DNA of 64,000 bases from a virus, in the IMG/VR virus record IMGVR_UViG_3300042881_004673, positions 1-64,000 of that record. The stretch is one strand, 5' to 3'. A program made the position numbers and the translations under genes. The notes below the pieces were generated by a model. That model ran no database searches. It was not told the origin of the DNA and worked only from the letters and a program-made list of their open reading frames with translations. Positions 60,322 through 64,000 of this stretch are shown here, piece after piece (the stretch's first letter is position 1; each line of letters opens with the position of its first letter).

Positions 60322-60482
60322 AGAGTCTGCGCTAGACTACTAAAAAAACATGTGTCAGAATTTAAAAAAGTAATCTACGCTTTTGGTTTAACTAAAGGAT
60401 TAAAATAAACAAAAAACGATAAAGTAATTTATTAAAATAAACTTTTAAAAATAAATAGATATTTATATAAAAAACAAAAAAA

Positions 60483-61043
60483 ATGGGAAAAAAAATTAGA
60501 CTAACAGAATCTGCATTTCATTCTTTAATTAGAAGACTTGTTATTGAAACTAAAGAAAAAATGGACGACGAGGATTCGGATCATGATGATATGGACAATG
60601 AAAGTGATTACTCAGAAATGAGTAAGGAAATGGCGGTTAAAAAAATCTCCACTTATCTAAAAAGACGACTATCAAAAAATCAAGAAGAAAAATTAAAAGA
60701 TAAAATACAAGATAAAATAGAAATAGAGGAGTCAAGAAGAAGATATGGTAGATATCTAAATGAAGAGGATGACGAAGATAAAAATTTATCATCAAGAAAA
60801 TCTGACCGTAAAGAAAAAATTGTAATTGGGGCTGGCGCTGGTATATCAGTAACAGGAGCGGTTGCAGCACTTGGATCAATTATGGGTTATTCCGAAAGTC
60901 AATTGACAAGTTTAATTCACGATATTACAGCAAATGCTGGTCTTGGTAATTTTACAGGTCCTGTAACATACGCTATGATTGCCGCTGGTATAGCACTACT
61001 ATTTAAAGGTCTTGATATGAAACATAGAAGAAAAAACTCTTAA
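60483..61043 (+). CDS. Leader-bearing acidic protein with two Gly/Ala-rich hydrophobic helices
   Basis: MGKKIRLTESAFHSLIRRLVIE; internal IEE-SRRRY and LNEE. Confidence 0.78.
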   Translation: MGKKIRLTESAFHSLIRRLVIETKEKMDDEDSDHDDMDNESDYSEMSKEMAVKKISTYLKRRLSKNQEEKLKDKIQDKIEIEESRRRYGRYLNEEDDEDKNLSSRKSDRKEKIVIGAGAGISVTGAVAALGSIMGYSESQLTSLIHDITANAGLGNFTGPVTYAMIAAGIALLFKGLDMKHRRKNS

Positions 61044-61056
61044 TATCATTTAAAAT

Positions 61057-61086
61057 AAAAAAACCCATCTATTCGATGGGTTTTTT
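61057..61086. terminator. Bidirectional terminator
   Basis: AAAAAACCCATC-TATTC-GATGGGTTTTTT. Confidence 0.85.
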
Positions 61087-61413
61087 GTTTTCTAAATATT
61101 TTTCCAAAATTAAAATAATTTCATCAATCTCTTCTTTATCTTCATTGCTAACCAACTTTAATTTTTTATGTTTAATTATATATTTCCACATAAATAAATA
61201 ATGAAGAATAATCACCAATAATATTGTAATAAAAGTTATATCAACAAAAATTAAATATGGGATAACCATAAAGATAAAAGTTATAATAAAATTATATTTG
61301 TCAGAATTAGATCTAACTAAACTTTTATAACCACGAATAACCTTTTCTAATTCTTTTTGTGGTAGATCTTTATAAAGACTAGCCTCCTTTTTAATTTTTA
61401 ACATATCTTTCAT
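61069..61413 (-). CDS. Two-TM membrane protein
   Basis: Hydrophobic core; TATATTTG on the minus strand at 61432-61439. Confidence 0.6.
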   Translation of the reverse strand: MKDMLKIKKEASLYKDLPQKELEKVIRGYKSLVRSNSDKYNFIITFIFMVIPYLIFVDITFITILLVIILHYLFMWKYIIKHKKLKLVSNEDKEEIDEIILILEKYLENKKPIE

Positions 61414-61463
61414 ATTAATTAACGATAATTACAAATATATTAATAAAAAATTAATTTAAAAAA

Positions 61464-61889
61464 TTATTCTACAGAAATTAATTCTAATTCAAAAATTAAA
61501 TTTTTTCCGGACAACGGATGGTTAGCGTCTAAAACAATGTTATCTTCATTAATTTCTTTAACAACAACATTCATTGGTCCTTGTGGTGTTGTTGTTTGTA
61601 ACATTTGACCGACCTCAATATTTTCAGGAACTCTGTCTTTTGGAACTTCAGCAATTAACTCCTCTTTTCTTTCACCATAAGCGTCCATGTAATCAATCTC
61701 AATTGTTTTTTTATCGCCTTCTTTCATGCCAATCAAACCCTTCTCAAATCCAGGAATCAAAGACCCTTTGCCCAAAGTTGCTGCTAATGGTTCTCTACCT
61801 TCAGTTAAAGAAGAATCAAAAATAGACCCATCTTCTAATTTACCCGTGTAATTTACAGTCACGGAACTGTTTACATCTACAATTTTCAT
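61464..61889 (-). CDS. FKBP-type peptidyl-prolyl isomerase (SlyD/SlpA-like)
   Basis: VNYTGKLEDGSIFDSS, LIPGFEKGL, AYG, LDANHPLSGKNLIF. Confidence 0.93.
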   Translation of the reverse strand: MKIVDVNSSVTVNYTGKLEDGSIFDSSLTEGREPLAATLGKGSLIPGFEKGLIGMKEGDKKTIEIDYMDAYGERKEELIAEVPKDRVPENIEVGQMLQTTTPQGPMNVVVKEINEDNIVLDANHPLSGKNLIFELELISVE

Positions 61890-62104
61890 ATTTTAAATTT
61901 TTTATAAAATATAAACAACGGATTTAAATATGTAAAATGGTATTTATTAAATTATGGTAAATTTTTAAATCTATCTTGATAAGTTTAATCATTTTACATA
62001 CAATTTATACCTAATGGTTAAATTCTAATGTTAAAAATTAGCAATTGTCTCCGTTTAATTTTTATTTAATAACAACTCAACCAAATTAAACTCGTATTTA
62101 TAGT

Positions 62105-64000
62105 ATGAAACATTTATTACTTTTATTTTTATTTCCCCTTTTTGTTTATTCGCAATATTGTCCGGCTTTAGGGCCAGATCAACTATTACCTTGTGGTGTT
62201 AACTCAACCACTTTAACGGCGGACTTAAGTCAGTGTGGGCCTGGTGGACCAAATCCAAATCAAACAACAAACTACGGTGTAACAAACATTCCTTATGTTG
62301 CCCAAGCCAACACAGGAACACAAGTCTTTTTAGGTGATGATGCAATATCTCAACCACAAAACATAGGGTTTACCTTTTGTTTTTTTGGAAATACATACAC
62401 ACAGTTCTACATTGGATCTAATGGATGGATTGGTTTTTCAGGTGGTCAACCAGCAACCTTTGCGTCAGTTGCAATTCCTAATGGTGGGTTAAATGTTCCA
62501 AAGAATTGTATTATGGGTCCTTGGCAAGACTGGCACCCGGGCATCGGCGGGCAAATCAGATATCAAATTAGTGGAGTTGCCCCTTGTAGAAAATTAACAG
62601 TTAGTTGGATTAACGTTCCTATGTATTTGTGCACTAATTTACAAGGTAATTTTCATATTGTAATCTATGAATCAACAAATGTAATTGAAAACCACATACA
62701 GAGTAAACCAAATTGTCCTAATTGGGCTCTTGGAACAGCAGTTCAAGGGATTCATAACCAACCGGGAACTATTGGTATTGTTGTCCCTGGTAGAAACTCA
62801 ACACAATGGTCAACTCAAAACAACTCATATAGATGGACACCAAGTGGTCCTACAGTTCAACCTGTATTAACATGGTATCAAGTAGGTAATCCAAATCCAA
62901 TCGGAACGGGCCCTACAATCACAGTTACACCCCCTCTTGCTGGCGCAAATTACACTTGTCATTTAGTTTATCCTATTTGTAATGCCGGATGGTCAACCTG
63001 TAACGCAGGTATTGGTAATTTAGGGCCCGACACTGTCTTTGTTGCACCAGGTCCACCACAATTGCCACCACCAAATTTAGTTCTACAAGACCCAAACTGT
63101 AATAATGGGTGTAATGGATCAATTACTGTGGTTCCTAATGGTGGAACAGGAGTAACAACTATCTCTTGGAACGGTGGATCAACAAACTTAACCCTAAACA
63201 ACTTATGTAGTGGTAACTATTTGTTTAATTTAGTGGATGCCGCAGGTTGCACATACAGTGGATCAGCAACTTTACTTAATCCCCCACCATTACAATCCCC
63301 CCAATTTGTGAATATCAACCCAACTTGCTTTGGTTATTGTGATGGAACATCAACTGTAAACCCAATTGATGGTGTTGCACCATATACATTCCTTTGGGGT
63401 AACAGTCAAACCACTCAAACGGCAACAAATCTATGTTCAGGACAACAAACTGTTACGGTTTATGATCAATATAACTGCCCCGCACAAGGAACAACAACAT
63501 TGATTGATCCTCCAATGGTTACAATCAACCAAATCACAGGTTTAGATACGGTTTGTTATAACTCTACAGTCAATCCTTATGGTGTTACAAGTGTTTTCCC
63601 TAACTTAGGGTATGTTTGGACTAACACAATAGGAAATATCACTACAGGACAAGGGACAGACCAAATAAATTTAGATGTTACTGGTGTAAATGGGGGTAAT
63701 TACCCTAACTCACTATCGGTTATTGGTGTTAATCAACTTGGATGTCAGTCATTACCTGAAACTTTTAACCTTGTTGTGTTAAATATTCTTCCATCAATCA
63801 CTCAAGTTGGTCCATTTTGTGAATATGACAACTGTATTAACCTAAATGGTACCCCACAAGGTGGAATTTTTAGTGGATTAAACGTTTGGGGTGGACAATA
63901 CTGTCCAAATAACGGATTTATTGGTCTTGATGTTGTGAATTACAACTATATTCAGTCAGGTTGTTTGTTTAATACATCAATAAATGTTCAAGTATACCCA
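62105..64000 (+). CDS. Secreted SprB-repeat (T9SS-cargo-like) surface protein, truncated by the window end and missing from the ORF track
   Basis: MKHLLLLFLFPLFVYS-QYC signal; DD..IGFTFCFFG..YTQFYIGSNGWIGF domain; repeats PxCxGxCxG..GG..YTFLW..TATNLCSG.YxVTVxD. Confidence 0.82.
   Translation, partial: MKHLLLLFLFPLFVYSQYCPALGPDQLLPCGVNSTTLTADLSQCGPGGPNPNQTTNYGVTNIPYVAQANTGTQVFLGDDAISQPQNIGFTFCFFGNTYTQFYIGSNGWIGFSGGQPATFASVAIPNGGLNVPKNCIMGPWQDWHPGIGGQIRYQISGVAPCRKLTVSWINVPMYLCTNLQGNFHIVIYESTNVIENHIQSKPNCPNWALGTAVQGIHNQPGTIGIVVPGRNSTQWSTQNNSYRWTPSGPTVQPVLTWYQVGNPNPIGTGPTITVTPPLAGANYTCHLVYPICNAGWSTCNAGIGNLGPDTVFVAPGPPQLPPPNLVLQDPNCNNGCNGSITVVPNGGTGVTTISWNGGSTNLTLNNLCSGNYLFNLVDAAGCTYSGSATLLNPPPLQSPQFVNINPTCFGYCDGTSTVNPIDGVAPYTFLWGNSQTTQTATNLCSGQQTVTVYDQYNCPAQGTTTLIDPPMVTINQITGLDTVCYNSTVNPYGVTSVFPNLGYVWTNTIGNITTGQGTDQINLDVTGVNGGNYPNSLSVIGVNQLGCQSLPETFNLVVLNILPSITQVGPFCEYDNCINLNGTPQGGIFSGLNVWGGQYCPNNGFIGLDVVNYNYIQSGCLFNTSINVQVYP

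Noticed and set aside
44825-60483. Leaders as Sec or lipoprotein signal peptides, or ribbon-helix-helix DNA-binding domains
   Set aside because: No hydrophobic core or lipobox. An RHH-like strand-helix fold cannot be excluded, but the segments are short, recur internally and are fused to enzymes
62685-63201. Short ORFs at 62685 (+) and 62968 (-)
   Set aside because: They overlap the long open frame starting at 62105, which the track missed because it has no stop in the window
1-64000. Stop-codon reassignment as in some large phages
   Set aside because: Recognisable genes are intact under code 11, and TAA, TAG and TGA all end genes at sensible positions

Overview
AT-rich, gene-dense window, almost all on the + strand, that reads as part of a large (jumbo-type) tailed phage infecting a Bacteroidota host. 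Host clues are TAnnTTTG promoters, A/T-rich starts without Shine-Dalgarno, and an SprB-repeat protein. No capsid, terminase, tRNA or CRISPR is visible, so phage identity is inferred from gene content. Layout: (1) 0-10 kb: small early-type genes, thyA and a lysis-like cluster; (2) 15-24.5 kb: up to six glycosyltransferase genes around two paralogous mucin-like Pro/Thr proteins; (3) 25-33.5 kb: lysozymes, uvrC, a DHH/GH108-like multidomain protein and a GT2 + PlcP-like pair; (4) 33.5-61 kb: a large cassette array. In that array many genes have a stem-loop terminator, a TATTTAT promoter-like motif and one of a few conserved N-terminal leaders ending in [ILM]-x-E, each fused to a different payload (ART-like, M15 peptidase, HExxH peptidase, DUF2237, cyanophycin synthetase N domain and others). 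Window-wide about 35-40 ORFs carry such a leader. The same motif splits a 1057-aa ORF into nine modules. The best candidate for an undescribed system is this leader-tagged, protease-processed, recombining library of capsid-packaged cargo proteins. Family calls come from motifs recognised by eye; no searches were run.
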